Shown here: positions 9,484 through 18,719 of the stretch, piece by piece
Layout of the letters: the number at the start of each line of letters is the position of its first letter
Position numbering within the stretch: position 1 is the stretch's first letter
Assembly (NCBI GenBank): GCA_963578425.1
Contig: CAUZCF010000003.1
Span: forward strand, 1-37,241
Length of the DNA stretch: 37,241 nucleotides
Direction: 5' to 3'
From: Gammaproteobacteria bacterium
GTDB lineage: Bacteria > Pseudomonadota > Gammaproteobacteria > Steroidobacterales > UBA11654
The notes under the pieces: model-generated
What the model was told of the DNA's origin: nothing
The model's input: only the letters and a program-made list of their open reading frames with translations
Databases searched by the model: none
Position numbers and translations under genes: made by a program

Positions 9484-9639
9484 TATCGGAATACTCTTAA
9501 GCAATGCAAATATAATATATCAATAGATTGTGAAGAAAAAATGAGTTTTAAGTTAATGTTGTGGCGGTGTAACTAATTGTATCTTAGAATAGCTTTCTTT
9601 CATGAAGCGTATACAATTGTTCAAAAATTATTTATCAAA

Positions 9640-10785
9640 ATGACTAGAAATAAAAAAATTATAGCGGTTATTATCTTACTCTTAGTTGCCTCGAGTTTTT
9701 TCTATCAAGGCAATGAAGAGGCCATAAAAGTAATTACTACTCAACCAGAAATCAGAAATGTAGAACAAACAGTGTCCAACACCAGAGCTGGTACAATTGA
9801 TGCTTGCAGAAGATCAAAAATGTCACCGGCAATGGGTGGGCAGATAGCGATACTAGCTGTGGAAGAGGGTGACATGGTTGAGAAAGGCCAGGTTCTTCTT
9901 GAGCTTTGGAACAAAGAGACCAAGGCTAGAGTAAAGGCAGCACAAAGAAGTGCTGAACAGACTTGTATCATCTCAGCAAAAGCTCAACGCGATGCAGAAA
10001 GAACCAATGAGTTATTTGCTAAAGGCTTAGCGTCTGAAGAAGCAACAGAATCCGCTGTAACCAATGCTGAATCTGGAGCTGCTGCTTGCAATGCTGCAAA
10101 AGCTCAAGTTGAAGTCAACCAGGCGTCCTTGGAGAGGACTCAATTGATTGCACCTTTTGGTGGAATTGTTGCAGAGATCGAAGGCGAGCTAGGAGAGTAT
10201 GTTACTCCATCACCCGTGGGTGTTGCTACCAAACCAACTCTTGATTTAATTGATAACACTTGTATTTATATTAAGGCACCAATAGATGAGATAGACGCAC
10301 CTGAAGTTATTGCTGGATTGAAAGCAAGGATTACTATGGATGCTTTTGGGCAAAAAGAGTTTCCTGCAACAGTAAGACGAGTCGCTCCCTATGTTCTTGA
10401 TTTAGAAAAACAGGCAAGAACAGTAGAAATTGAAGCTGTCTTTGATAATCCTCAAGAGTTTCTTTTACCTGGTTATAGCGCTGATATTACAATTATCATT
10501 GACACATCTGAAGCGACCTTAAGTATCCCTTCACAAGCATTAATGGCTGGTGGTTTTGTTTATCTTATCAACTCAGATAACACCATCTCTATGACAGAGA
10601 TTGAAGTTGGTCTTTCTAATTGGCAACACACTGAAGTTCTAAGCGGTCTGACCATTGAGGACAAGATCATTTTATCAGTAGATAGACAAGGATTAGAAGA
10701 TGGAGTAACAGTCATCATTGAGGAAACAGATAATCCAGAAAGCGCCTCGAGTGATGAGACCAATATAGCAGTTGAAATTGGCTAA
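9640..10785 (+). CDS. Efflux periplasmic adaptor (MacA/HlyD-like membrane fusion protein)
   Basis: N-terminal TM, V.EGD.V.KGQ.L, APFGG.V lipoyl halves and LLPGYSAD. Start placed at ATG 9640; the TTG at 9577 is less likely. Confidence 0.88.
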   Translation: MTRNKKIIAVIILLLVASSFFYQGNEEAIKVITTQPEIRNVEQTVSNTRAGTIDACRRSKMSPAMGGQIAILAVEEGDMVEKGQVLLELWNKETKARVKAAQRSAEQTCIISAKAQRDAERTNELFAKGLASEEATESAVTNAESGAAACNAAKAQVEVNQASLERTQLIAPFGGIVAEIEGELGEYVTPSPVGVATKPTLDLIDNTCIYIKAPIDEIDAPEVIAGLKARITMDAFGQKEFPATVRRVAPYVLDLEKQARTVEIEAVFDNPQEFLLPGYSADITIIIDTSEATLSIPSQALMAGGFVYLINSDNTISMTEIEVGLSNWQHTEVLSGLTIEDKIILSVDRQGLEDGVTVIIEETDNPESASSDETNIAVEIG

Positions 10786-10799
10786 CATATCATTGACCA

Positions 10800-11474
10800 A
10801 TGATTCATTTAGAAAACTTATGTCGACATTTTGAAGTGGGCAATCAAATTGTCCGCGCCTTAGACGAAGTAGACCTAGAAATTAATAAGAACGAATATGT
10901 CTCTATAATGGGTGTTTCAGGGTCTGGGAAATCAACACTGCTTAATATACTTGGATTATTGGATACACCGACCTCAGGTAGTTACGTTTTATCTGGCGTG
11001 AGCACGTCAAAAATGAATGATGATGAAATGGCTCATATCCGATCAACAAAAATTGGATTTATTTTCCAATCTTTTCATTTAATACCAAGGTTGACAGCCG
11101 CTGAGAATGTTGAAATGCCTATGGTTATATCAGGTCTTAATCCAAAAGAAAGAAAGGAGAAGGTAGACAACGCTCTGGCTAGGGTTAGCCTCACTGACAG
11201 ATCAGATCACAGGCCTGAGCAGCTTTCAGGCGGACAAAGACAACGAGTAGCCATAGCCAGATCAATAGTTATGGAGCCCGATGTTTTATTAGCCGATGAA
11301 CCCACAGGAAATCTTGATTCTATATCCAGTAAAGAAATTATTAAATTAATAGAGGAGCTTAATAAGGGTGGTTTAACCCTTATACTTGTTACCCATGATA
11401 CTGATTTGGGTTTACGATCTGACCGATTGATCGAACTCCTTGATGGAAAAATTGTTACAGATAAAAAGAATTAA
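10800..11474 (+). CDS. ABC transporter ATP-binding protein (MacB/LolD family)
   Basis: Walker A GVSGSGKST, LSGGQRQRVAIAR, LLADEPTGNLD and VTHD. Confidence 0.95.
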   Translation: MIHLENLCRHFEVGNQIVRALDEVDLEINKNEYVSIMGVSGSGKSTLLNILGLLDTPTSGSYVLSGVSTSKMNDDEMAHIRSTKIGFIFQSFHLIPRLTAAENVEMPMVISGLNPKERKEKVDNALARVSLTDRSDHRPEQLSGGQRQRVAIARSIVMEPDVLLADEPTGNLDSISSKEIIKLIEELNKGGLTLILVTHDTDLGLRSDRLIELLDGKIVTDKKN

Positions 11475-11476
11475 TT

Positions 11477-12691
11477 ATGCGTTTTTATGATCTATTATTT
11501 TTAGCGTTTAGCACTCTGATACGATACCCATTGCGAACATTAATGCTGCTCATTGCAACCTCCATTGGTGTTATGGCTGTCATCCTTTTAACAGCTGTCG
11601 GAGAAGGAGCCAGGGACTACATCACTGGCGAATTCAAAGACATGGGCACCAATCTGCTGATTGTGATGCCAGGGAAAAATGAGACCACAGGAGGAGGCTC
11701 ACCTGCTGATTTAGCTGGTGTTGCACCAAGAGATTTGACCGTTGAAGATGCGATTAGCTTAAGACAAATTGAAGCAATAAATAGAATTGCACCAATTGTT
11801 GTAGGAGAAACGCCGGCGCAATTCAATGGTTTGGAAAGATCTGTACCCATCATAGGCACAACCCCCTCTTTTTTAGCAGTCAGAAAATGGGAAATGGAGA
11901 GCGGTAATTTTTTACCTGGCGTCACTCTGGATCGATCCCCTCCAGTTTGTGTTATTGGCAAAGAAGTTGAATCCGAACTCTTTGGTAAAAACAATGCTAT
12001 AGGCCAATGGTTAAGAGTAGGTGACAGACGTTGTCGTGTCACTGGTGTTATTGCCACTGAAGGAAGAGCCATTGGCATCGATGTACAAAAAATTGTAGTG
12101 ATGCCTGTGAGTTTAGCCACTGCACTGTTCAACCGACCTTCATTATTCCGAATCATAGCTGAGGCAAGAAATACTTGGGAGATGGATCAAATTAAGAAAG
12201 ATATTATTAGAATCATAAAAAAGCGTCATCAAGGCAAGGAAGACATAACAGTTATTAGGCAAGATGCTGTAATGAAGTCTTTTGATAATATCTTTGATGT
12301 GCTGACTATGGCATTAGGTTCTATTGCTTCTATCAGTTTATTTGTGGCCGGCATTCTTATCATGAATGTTATGTTAGTTGCTGTTTCTCAACGACAATCA
12401 GAAATTGGGTTGCTGAAGGCTATTGGCGCTAAAAATAAACAGATTAATTATTTGTTTGTCACTGAAGCTATTATTTTATCTGGATCAGGAGCGATCCTTG
12501 GATTGATCTTGGGACACACCACAACACAAGTCCTAAAACTGGCTTTTCCTACCTTTAATTTTTTACCACCACTATGGGCATCGTTTGTTTCTCTAATTGT
12601 GGCCTTGGTGTCAGGGGTTATTTTTGGATTGCTACCTGCTCGAAGAGCTTCTAAGCTAGACCCTGTGATCGCTTTATCTGGAAACAAATAA
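11477..12691 (+). CDS. ABC transporter permease (MacB/FtsX family)
   Basis: R.LL...IGV N-terminal TM, periplasmic domain, R..EIGLLKAIGA and PARRASKLDPV.AL. Confidence 0.92.
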   Translation: MRFYDLLFLAFSTLIRYPLRTLMLLIATSIGVMAVILLTAVGEGARDYITGEFKDMGTNLLIVMPGKNETTGGGSPADLAGVAPRDLTVEDAISLRQIEAINRIAPIVVGETPAQFNGLERSVPIIGTTPSFLAVRKWEMESGNFLPGVTLDRSPPVCVIGKEVESELFGKNNAIGQWLRVGDRRCRVTGVIATEGRAIGIDVQKIVVMPVSLATALFNRPSLFRIIAEARNTWEMDQIKKDIIRIIKKRHQGKEDITVIRQDAVMKSFDNIFDVLTMALGSIASISLFVAGILIMNVMLVAVSQRQSEIGLLKAIGAKNKQINYLFVTEAIILSGSGAILGLILGHTTTQVLKLAFPTFNFLPPLWASFVSLIVALVSGVIFGLLPARRASKLDPVIALSGNK

Positions 12692-12692
12692 T

Positions 12693-13895
12693 ATGAAAAT
12701 TAAAGACATTTTTATTTTTTCTTCCTTCTCTGTAATTTCTCAGAAAATGAGAAGCTTTCTGACTTCGCTTGGGATTGCAATTGGTGTTGTTTGTGTGATT
12801 TTCTTAACAGGTTTAGGGCAAGGCTTACAAGATTATATTGTTGGACAATTTACTCAGTTTGGTACTAATATCATTGGAATATCACCAGGCAAAGAACAAA
12901 CAATGGGTCTGCCCCTTGGAGTTTTTGGTACTCTTAGGCCTTTATCATTTGAAGACGCAGAAGCGCTTGAACGACTGCCAACCATTGAAATAGCAGTTCC
13001 AGTTTCTGCAGGCAGTGGTGAAATTGAAAGCGCAGATCGCATGAGAAGATCAATGGTCGTAGGCACCGGTTCTGATTACGATATTATTGTTGGCGCTGAG
13101 GGTAATATGATTGGTCAATACTTGCCTGATGATAATCCTAAAACACCAAGGGCTTTTGCCGTTCTTGGCCCTAAAATGAAAACAGAATTGTTTGGAGAAC
13201 AAAACTCATTAGGATTAACAGTTAGAGTTAACTCTGAACGATTCCGTATAGTTGGCGTGTTGCCAGCAAAAGGTGATTTTCTAGGTATGGATCTTGACGA
13301 TGCTATTTATATTCCCATAGCTAAATTCAATTCAATGTTCAATAGGGATGGGTTCCAAGAAATTGATGTCATTCACAAGGATAATGTAACAGCGGATGAA
13401 GCTGTAGCCTCAATGAAAAGATTAATGATTAGACGTCATGGAGGCGATGACACCACCATGCACACTCAAGCGGACATGTTGGAATCATTGGGTGATATTA
13501 TGAAATGGTTGAAATTTACTGTTGCTGCTTTTGGTGGCATCTCACTTCTAGTAGGTGGGGTTGGTATATTTACAATCATGACAGTTGCTGTCAATGAAAG
13601 AACCTCAGAAATTGGGGTATTGAGAGCCATCGGTGCTTCACGCAGGAGAATTCAAGATGTGTTTTTACTAGAATCTATTTTTTTAGCAATCTTAGGGGCC
13701 CTGTTAGGGCTTTCGATTGGGTTCTTAGCCATCAATATAGCTCTGGCTATTTATCCTGACATGCCAATTGCTGTCGCATGGGAATATATCGTCTATGCAA
13801 TCATCATTTCTCTATTTATTGGATTAGTTGCCGGCTATCTGCCCGCAAGGTCAGCAGCCCAACTTGATCCAATCGAAGCGTTAAGAACTGATTAA
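12693..13895 (+). CDS. ABC transporter permease (MacB/FtsX family), second subunit
   Basis: RSFLT.LGIAIGV, ERT.EIGVLRAIGA and PAR.AA.LDPIEALR. Confidence 0.92.
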   Translation: MKIKDIFIFSSFSVISQKMRSFLTSLGIAIGVVCVIFLTGLGQGLQDYIVGQFTQFGTNIIGISPGKEQTMGLPLGVFGTLRPLSFEDAEALERLPTIEIAVPVSAGSGEIESADRMRRSMVVGTGSDYDIIVGAEGNMIGQYLPDDNPKTPRAFAVLGPKMKTELFGEQNSLGLTVRVNSERFRIVGVLPAKGDFLGMDLDDAIYIPIAKFNSMFNRDGFQEIDVIHKDNVTADEAVASMKRLMIRRHGGDDTTMHTQADMLESLGDIMKWLKFTVAAFGGISLLVGGVGIFTIMTVAVNERTSEIGVLRAIGASRRRIQDVFLLESIFLAILGALLGLSIGFLAINIALAIYPDMPIAVAWEYIVYAIIISLFIGLVAGYLPARSAAQLDPIEALRTD

Positions 13896-14557
13896 GAAGC
13901 CAATCGTTGCATCATATTTGAATATGTTGCGATATGCGATTCAGTCGGTAAAAATGTTTCTAAATAGCTCTTTCTATCTTGCATAGCATCCCACCAAGAT
14001 CTAATCTTTCTGCATTCTTTTGGCCATTTAGCATCAAATAAATGTTCATAAGCACCGAAGCGTTCAAAAAAAGGTGCGTAATGTAAATCAACCAATGTTA
14101 ATTGGTCACCCATCCAAAAAACACCACTATCATTTTTATCAAAGCATTCTTTTTCAATATAAAGTAAACGGTCTCCAACGATCTTTAAGTTCTGTTGTTG
14201 AAGCTCCTCATCCTGATGGTCTCTGAGTAATCTTGTGCAAGCTGGAAGATAATAATTAGAAGCATAATCGATCCAAATTCTTGCTCTTGCTCTCTCATAA
14301 TGATCATCTGGCATCAAAGCAACTTCTGGGTATTCTTCCTCTAGGTATTCATTAATGATCGCTGATTCATAGATCGTCTTTCCTTCATGAACTAAGACAG
14401 GAACTTTCCCATATGGTGAAATCTCTAAAAACCAGTCTGGTTTGTTATAGACATCAATCTCAATTAATTCAAAATCAAGTGCTTTTTCAATCAGAGCCAT
14501 TCTAGTCCTCTGAGCGAAAGGGCATTTGTCGAAACTGTAAATTTTTATATCACTCAT
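13892..14557 (-). CDS. Glutathione S-transferase, omega-like (Cys active site)
   Basis: CPFAQR, SPYGKVPVL, ESAIINEYLEE and TLVD N-capping box. Confidence 0.9.
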   Translation of the reverse strand: MSDIKIYSFDKCPFAQRTRMALIEKALDFELIEIDVYNKPDWFLEISPYGKVPVLVHEGKTIYESAIINEYLEEEYPEVALMPDDHYERARARIWIDYASNYYLPACTRLLRDHQDEELQQQNLKIVGDRLLYIEKECFDKNDSGVFWMGDQLTLVDLHYAPFFERFGAYEHLFDAKWPKECRKIRSWWDAMQDRKSYLETFLPTESHIATYSNMMQRLAS

Positions 14558-14560
14558 AAT

Positions 14561-15928
14561 CTATAACTCTTTCATAATGTGATACCAAAAATCAAGCGAA
14601 GCTTGATATGCACTGATCTCTATCCTTTCATTTAGTCCATGACCCCTATAACCCGTGGGGTCAGTCATCATGGCGCTAGTTCCATAGACCGGTATTCCCA
14701 TACTCCTTAGATGAAGAGCATCCGTTGCCCCTGTGGACATAGTAGGAACCAGAGGCATATTTGGAAAAACCTTGCCAATGGCCTGACTAACTAGGTTTTG
14801 TATTTCAGATGTAATCGGAGACACCGGACTTTTCTGAAAGTTTGAGACCGATGCAACCTCAACATTATTGCCCACCAGCTCTTGTAGGGTTGAAAAAATG
14901 TCTTCAGGGTCCTCATGAGGCAATACCCTACAATTTACTGTTGCAGTCGCAGACACTGGTAGAGCATTTTCTGCATGCCCAGCTGTAAGTTGTGTTGCCA
15001 CACAAGTGGTTCTCAAAATGGCATTTACTGCAGAATTATTATTTACCATATCAAACTCTGATTCAGTGTCTCCATCAAGGATGGCTATGGTTTCCTCTCT
15101 AACATTTCCTTGAGCTTCATTCAAAGCAAATTCAAGTGTGGCTCTGGTTGTTTCATTTAGGCTAATTGGGAATTTATGTGCTTCCACTTTCTTCAATGCA
15201 TTAGCTAATTCATAAATGGCATTATCTGGTCTTGGAATTGAACTATGGCCTCCACGATTTGAGGTGGTCATGGTGACTGTCATATATACTTTTTCAGCTG
15301 ATTGTAATCTGAATGCCTCGGGGTTCTTCATAGTCCCAGTGATATAGCCACCGTCAGAATTAAATGCGAAAGGAGCACGTCTTACAGACTCAAGATTATC
15401 ACGGAAGTATCTAATGCTATCCATGCCGGTTTCCTCATCTCCCGTTAGCAACATAATAATGTCGTTCTTGGGTACAAATCTTTCTTCTTTGAGTCGTATA
15501 AAAGTAGTAAGCAATGCTGCAGCACCCCCTTTATTGTCGCTAGCTCCTCTGCCGTGAAGAAAACCATCGATTTCAACCAACTGAAAAGGATCGGTATCCC
15601 ATGAATCTTTTACAGCAGGCACCACATCAATATGGGCCATAACAACAATGGGTTTGTTTGAAGATTGTCCTTTATATACGGCATATAAGCCTTTCGAACT
15701 GTCGGTCGGTCCTACAACTTTGAGATCCTCATCATCAAACCCATGATTCAGTAGAAGTGTTTTTGACAGCTCACTCACTTCAGTTGCAAGCCCCATGCCA
15801 GCTGTTGACTCAATAGCAACTAGATCAGATAAAATAGATGTTCCCAGTTTGACATAATCACCTGAGCCAAACGCAAGGTTAGAGAATACAGCCATCGTCA
15901 GGATTAAGAATTTACTAGATAATTTCAT
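14561..15928 (-). CDS. Secreted M20/M25/M40 metallo-hydrolase
   Basis: Signal peptide; AHIDVVPA, GRGASDNKG, DEE, GGHSS.P, GATD and HG.NERI. Confidence 0.9.
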   Translation of the reverse strand: MKLSSKFLILTMAVFSNLAFGSGDYVKLGTSILSDLVAIESTAGMGLATEVSELSKTLLLNHGFDDEDLKVVGPTDSSKGLYAVYKGQSSNKPIVVMAHIDVVPAVKDSWDTDPFQLVEIDGFLHGRGASDNKGGAAALLTTFIRLKEERFVPKNDIIMLLTGDEETGMDSIRYFRDNLESVRRAPFAFNSDGGYITGTMKNPEAFRLQSAEKVYMTVTMTTSNRGGHSSIPRPDNAIYELANALKKVEAHKFPISLNETTRATLEFALNEAQGNVREETIAILDGDTESEFDMVNNNSAVNAILRTTCVATQLTAGHAENALPVSATATVNCRVLPHEDPEDIFSTLQELVGNNVEVASVSNFQKSPVSPITSEIQNLVSQAIGKVFPNMPLVPTMSTGATDALHLRSMGIPVYGTSAMMTDPTGYRGHGLNERIEISAYQASLDFWYHIMKEL

Positions 15929-16893
15929 TACATTGTCTCCTTATTAGATTGTACTAGATATTCCAAGGCATCGACAGCCGTCTTCTGGCCTAATTCCTGA
16001 ACAAGTTGATGCCCACCTGATTCATATATAATCATTTCAATAGAGCTTGAATTCACTAATAGATTTTTCATTTCATAAGCTAATTCAACAGGAACAACTT
16101 TATTCTTTTTACCCCACATGATCAGCACAGGAGATTTGATTTGCTGAATAACTTGATCAATATCTCCTGATACATATTGCTTCATTCTAGCCATCTGTGC
16201 GTCCCTTTGACCTTCCCTTAACAACAGATCATGCCATCGAGTAATCAATTCTTCACTTATATTAGAGGGATCCCCAAAACCTCCTGTTAGAAGACCTTTA
16301 ACCAATGATCTGGGTGTTATTTGTGTGATCAGATTAAATGCTCTAGGTAGTTTTGCCGGCTCATTGCTCCCTCTTACCCTTGGGTTAAGAGCACCTGGAC
16401 TAACTAAAATAAGATTATCCACCGCCTCGGGATTGTTACGTGTAAAATGAATTCCAATAGTTCCACCCAATGATGCTCCAGCAATAGTTAATTGTTTTAT
16501 GCCCAAAGAACTAACTAATGTTTCAATCAAGAAGAGTGTTCTGGGCATGGAATAATTATGCAAAGGATCAGCTTCTGTTAAACCATGACCTGGTATATCT
16601 AATCTAATTACTCTGTAGTTAGGGGATAGTGTTTCAACCCAAGGTCTCCAGTCAATTAAGTTAGCATAGTTAGCATGTAGTAATAGGATGACTGGCCCTG
16701 TACCTTCATCAGTGTAATGAATATTAACACCATCAATATTTATAAAAGATGAACTATGTTCTAAATACTTTGCTTCAATTTCTTCAGCACTCTTATCCAC
16801 AGGGTAGCGAGCACCAAAGAAAAGACTCACTAAAAAGAGACCAAGAATGGAGAGGCAAGTGATCAGGGTTATTTTAATAATTTTTTTTATCAT
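15928..16893 (-). CDS. Membrane-anchored alpha/beta hydrolase
   Basis: N-terminal TM; D.PGHGLT, nucleophile GASLGG and C-terminal GH. Confidence 0.85.
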   Translation of the reverse strand: MIKKIIKITLITCLSILGLFLVSLFFGARYPVDKSAEEIEAKYLEHSSSFINIDGVNIHYTDEGTGPVILLLHANYANLIDWRPWVETLSPNYRVIRLDIPGHGLTEADPLHNYSMPRTLFLIETLVSSLGIKQLTIAGASLGGTIGIHFTRNNPEAVDNLILVSPGALNPRVRGSNEPAKLPRAFNLITQITPRSLVKGLLTGGFGDPSNISEELITRWHDLLLREGQRDAQMARMKQYVSGDIDQVIQQIKSPVLIMWGKKNKVVPVELAYEMKNLLVNSSSIEMIIYESGGHQLVQELGQKTAVDALEYLVQSNKETM

Positions 16894-16969
16894 AAAAATT
16901 TATTTAACTATTGTGTAATCAACTCTAATATTAGCTTTATATTATCGATATAAATCCAATTGTGGAAAC

Positions 16970-17926
16970 ATGAACAAAGAAAACATAAAAGAGAACACGA
17001 TGAAACCTTTTGAAGATGGAGACATTTTCCTTGGTTGTACTTATTTGAATGATAAGAATGATGATCACAAAGGGGACGGGAGAATCTTGCAGTATGACAA
17101 GAATCTTCAACCTAAAGGAGTCTTATGGACAAAAGGCACTGAGCATTTAGTGATTGGATTAACTTTCGATCGACAAGGGATCCTGTGGGGATTTGATATG
17201 CATAATCACATTGTTGTGAGGGTTTCTCCAGATGGTCATCAGATGCCACATTATCATTTTGGAGATCGGGCATTTTCAAATGTGACTTTTGATAAAGACG
17301 GTAATATCTATTTAGGGGAAGCCCTTGTTGGCAATACCCCATACCCAGGGAGTTACATGAAACGTCTACCTGGACTTGATTTATTGGGTTACGCAAATAT
17401 ACATAAGTTTAATTCAGAGTTAGAGTTGGTTGATGTTTTTGATGCAGCTTATTCTCCTGAGTTTCACCATTTTAAAGGGATAACCCATTCAACTATGCAC
17501 CCCAGTGAACAATTCATCACCTACACCACCGAAATAGGGAAAAAAGTAATGCAGTACGATATTGTGAATCGCCAGCAAATGGATGACCTAGTGGTATTAT
17601 CTGGCGATTTAACCGATAAGGTAGTGGCTATTGCGGTTAATTATTTAGCTGATGGGAGATTGCTGCATTCACGCGGGGACTATATTGAGATCTTAGACGA
17701 GCAGGGCAAGGTGATGCAAACCATAGACTTAAATGAACACGGATGGGGTATTGCTCAAATAACCCCATCATCTGATGGCAAACATTTTTTTACTGCAAAT
17801 ATCTTTTCAGGAATCATGTTAAAAGTTAGTTTAGATGATGGAAAAGTGGTTGGGTCAATTGACACTGGTTTTGCAGTTCCAAAAAGAAGTTTTGGTGGGG
17901 TTGCTGAATTTCATCAGTCTTCCTGA
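16970..17926 (+). CDS. Hypothetical protein, probable beta-propeller (NHL/YVTN-like repeats)
   Basis: Repeated blade-like motifs (GLTFDRQGILW, NVTFDKDGNIY, NYLADGRLL, SSDGKHFF); no signal peptide. Start may be 17000. Confidence 0.65.
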   Translation: MNKENIKENTMKPFEDGDIFLGCTYLNDKNDDHKGDGRILQYDKNLQPKGVLWTKGTEHLVIGLTFDRQGILWGFDMHNHIVVRVSPDGHQMPHYHFGDRAFSNVTFDKDGNIYLGEALVGNTPYPGSYMKRLPGLDLLGYANIHKFNSELELVDVFDAAYSPEFHHFKGITHSTMHPSEQFITYTTEIGKKVMQYDIVNRQQMDDLVVLSGDLTDKVVAIAVNYLADGRLLHSRGDYIEILDEQGKVMQTIDLNEHGWGIAQITPSSDGKHFFTANIFSGIMLKVSLDDGKVVGSIDTGFAVPKRSFGGVAEFHQSS

Positions 17927-17953
17927 AATCTATCTAATTTGATACCATAAGAT

Positions 17954-18244
17954 ATGAAGATCTCCTTAAAAGTTGTCCCTATATTCCTTTTACTTATCGG
18001 TTGCGTTGCAAATCAAGAAGTAGAGGAAAATATCAATAACAAAAACAACCCAAGCCAAGCAACTGCAGAGGCAAAAAAAGATAATAAAATTTGTCGTGAA
18101 GTTTCTGTTTCTGGAAGTAGACTTAAAAAAAAGGTTTGCTCTACGGTTGAAGAAGAAGAAGATAGAGCAAAAAAAAGTCAAAGAATTTTAAGAGAGCAGC
18201 AAAATAGAGAACGTGTAAGATCAGGAATGCCTGATCCAGGTTAA
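17954..18244 (+). CDS. Small lipoprotein with a C-x6-GSR-x5-C motif
   Basis: Lipobox LIGC; ICREVSVSGSRLKKKVC followed by a charged helix; fills the gap between flanking genes. Confidence 0.72.
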   Translation: MKISLKVVPIFLLLIGCVANQEVEENINNKNNPSQATAEAKKDNKICREVSVSGSRLKKKVCSTVEEEEDRAKKSQRILREQQNRERVRSGMPDPG

Positions 18245-18254
18245 TTAAAACAAT

Positions 18255-18710
18255 TTAATTCTTGTTAATCTCTAAGCTGTAATGAAGGAATTCATCATCT
18301 ACTTCATAGCCTAAAGACTCATAGAGGGATTGGCCAATAAAATTATCTTTTGCTGTGGATAGTTCTAAGCGCTTAAAGCCATTCTCTTGGGCATATTGTC
18401 TCGCCTTATTCATTAGAGCCCTCCCTATACCTTTAGTTCTTGTATCAGGATCAACAAATAAATCATAAAGAATTAACATAGGGATGGTGCTCACTGAGCA
18501 AAAAGAGGGATAGAGTTGAACAAAACCAGATAAAGTTCCGTCTGCATTATTAGAAACAAAAATTATGGACTCCTTCATTTCCATTCTGCCTTTAATGAAC
18601 TGATGAGCTCTTTCAAGATCATCTGGTTGTTTATAAAATATTCTATAGAGGTTAAATAATCTGGCAACCTCATCTAAATGTTTGATATTAGCTTCGATAA
18701 TCTTTGACAT
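18255..18710 (-). CDS. GNAT family N-acetyltransferase
   Basis: LF..YR.FY, GFVQLYPSF, DLFV.P..R.KGIGRALM (motif A) and LYESLGY. Confidence 0.92.
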   Translation of the reverse strand: MSKIIEANIKHLDEVARLFNLYRIFYKQPDDLERAHQFIKGRMEMKESIIFVSNNADGTLSGFVQLYPSFCSVSTIPMLILYDLFVDPDTRTKGIGRALMNKARQYAQENGFKRLELSTAKDNFIGQSLYESLGYEVDDEFLHYSLEINKN

Positions 18711-18719
18711 AGAATAATT

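Noticed and set aside
11617-12156. 179-aa antisense ORF inside the first ABC permease
   Set aside because: It lies fully opposite a well-conserved gene and has no recognisable motifs; a typical shadow ORF.
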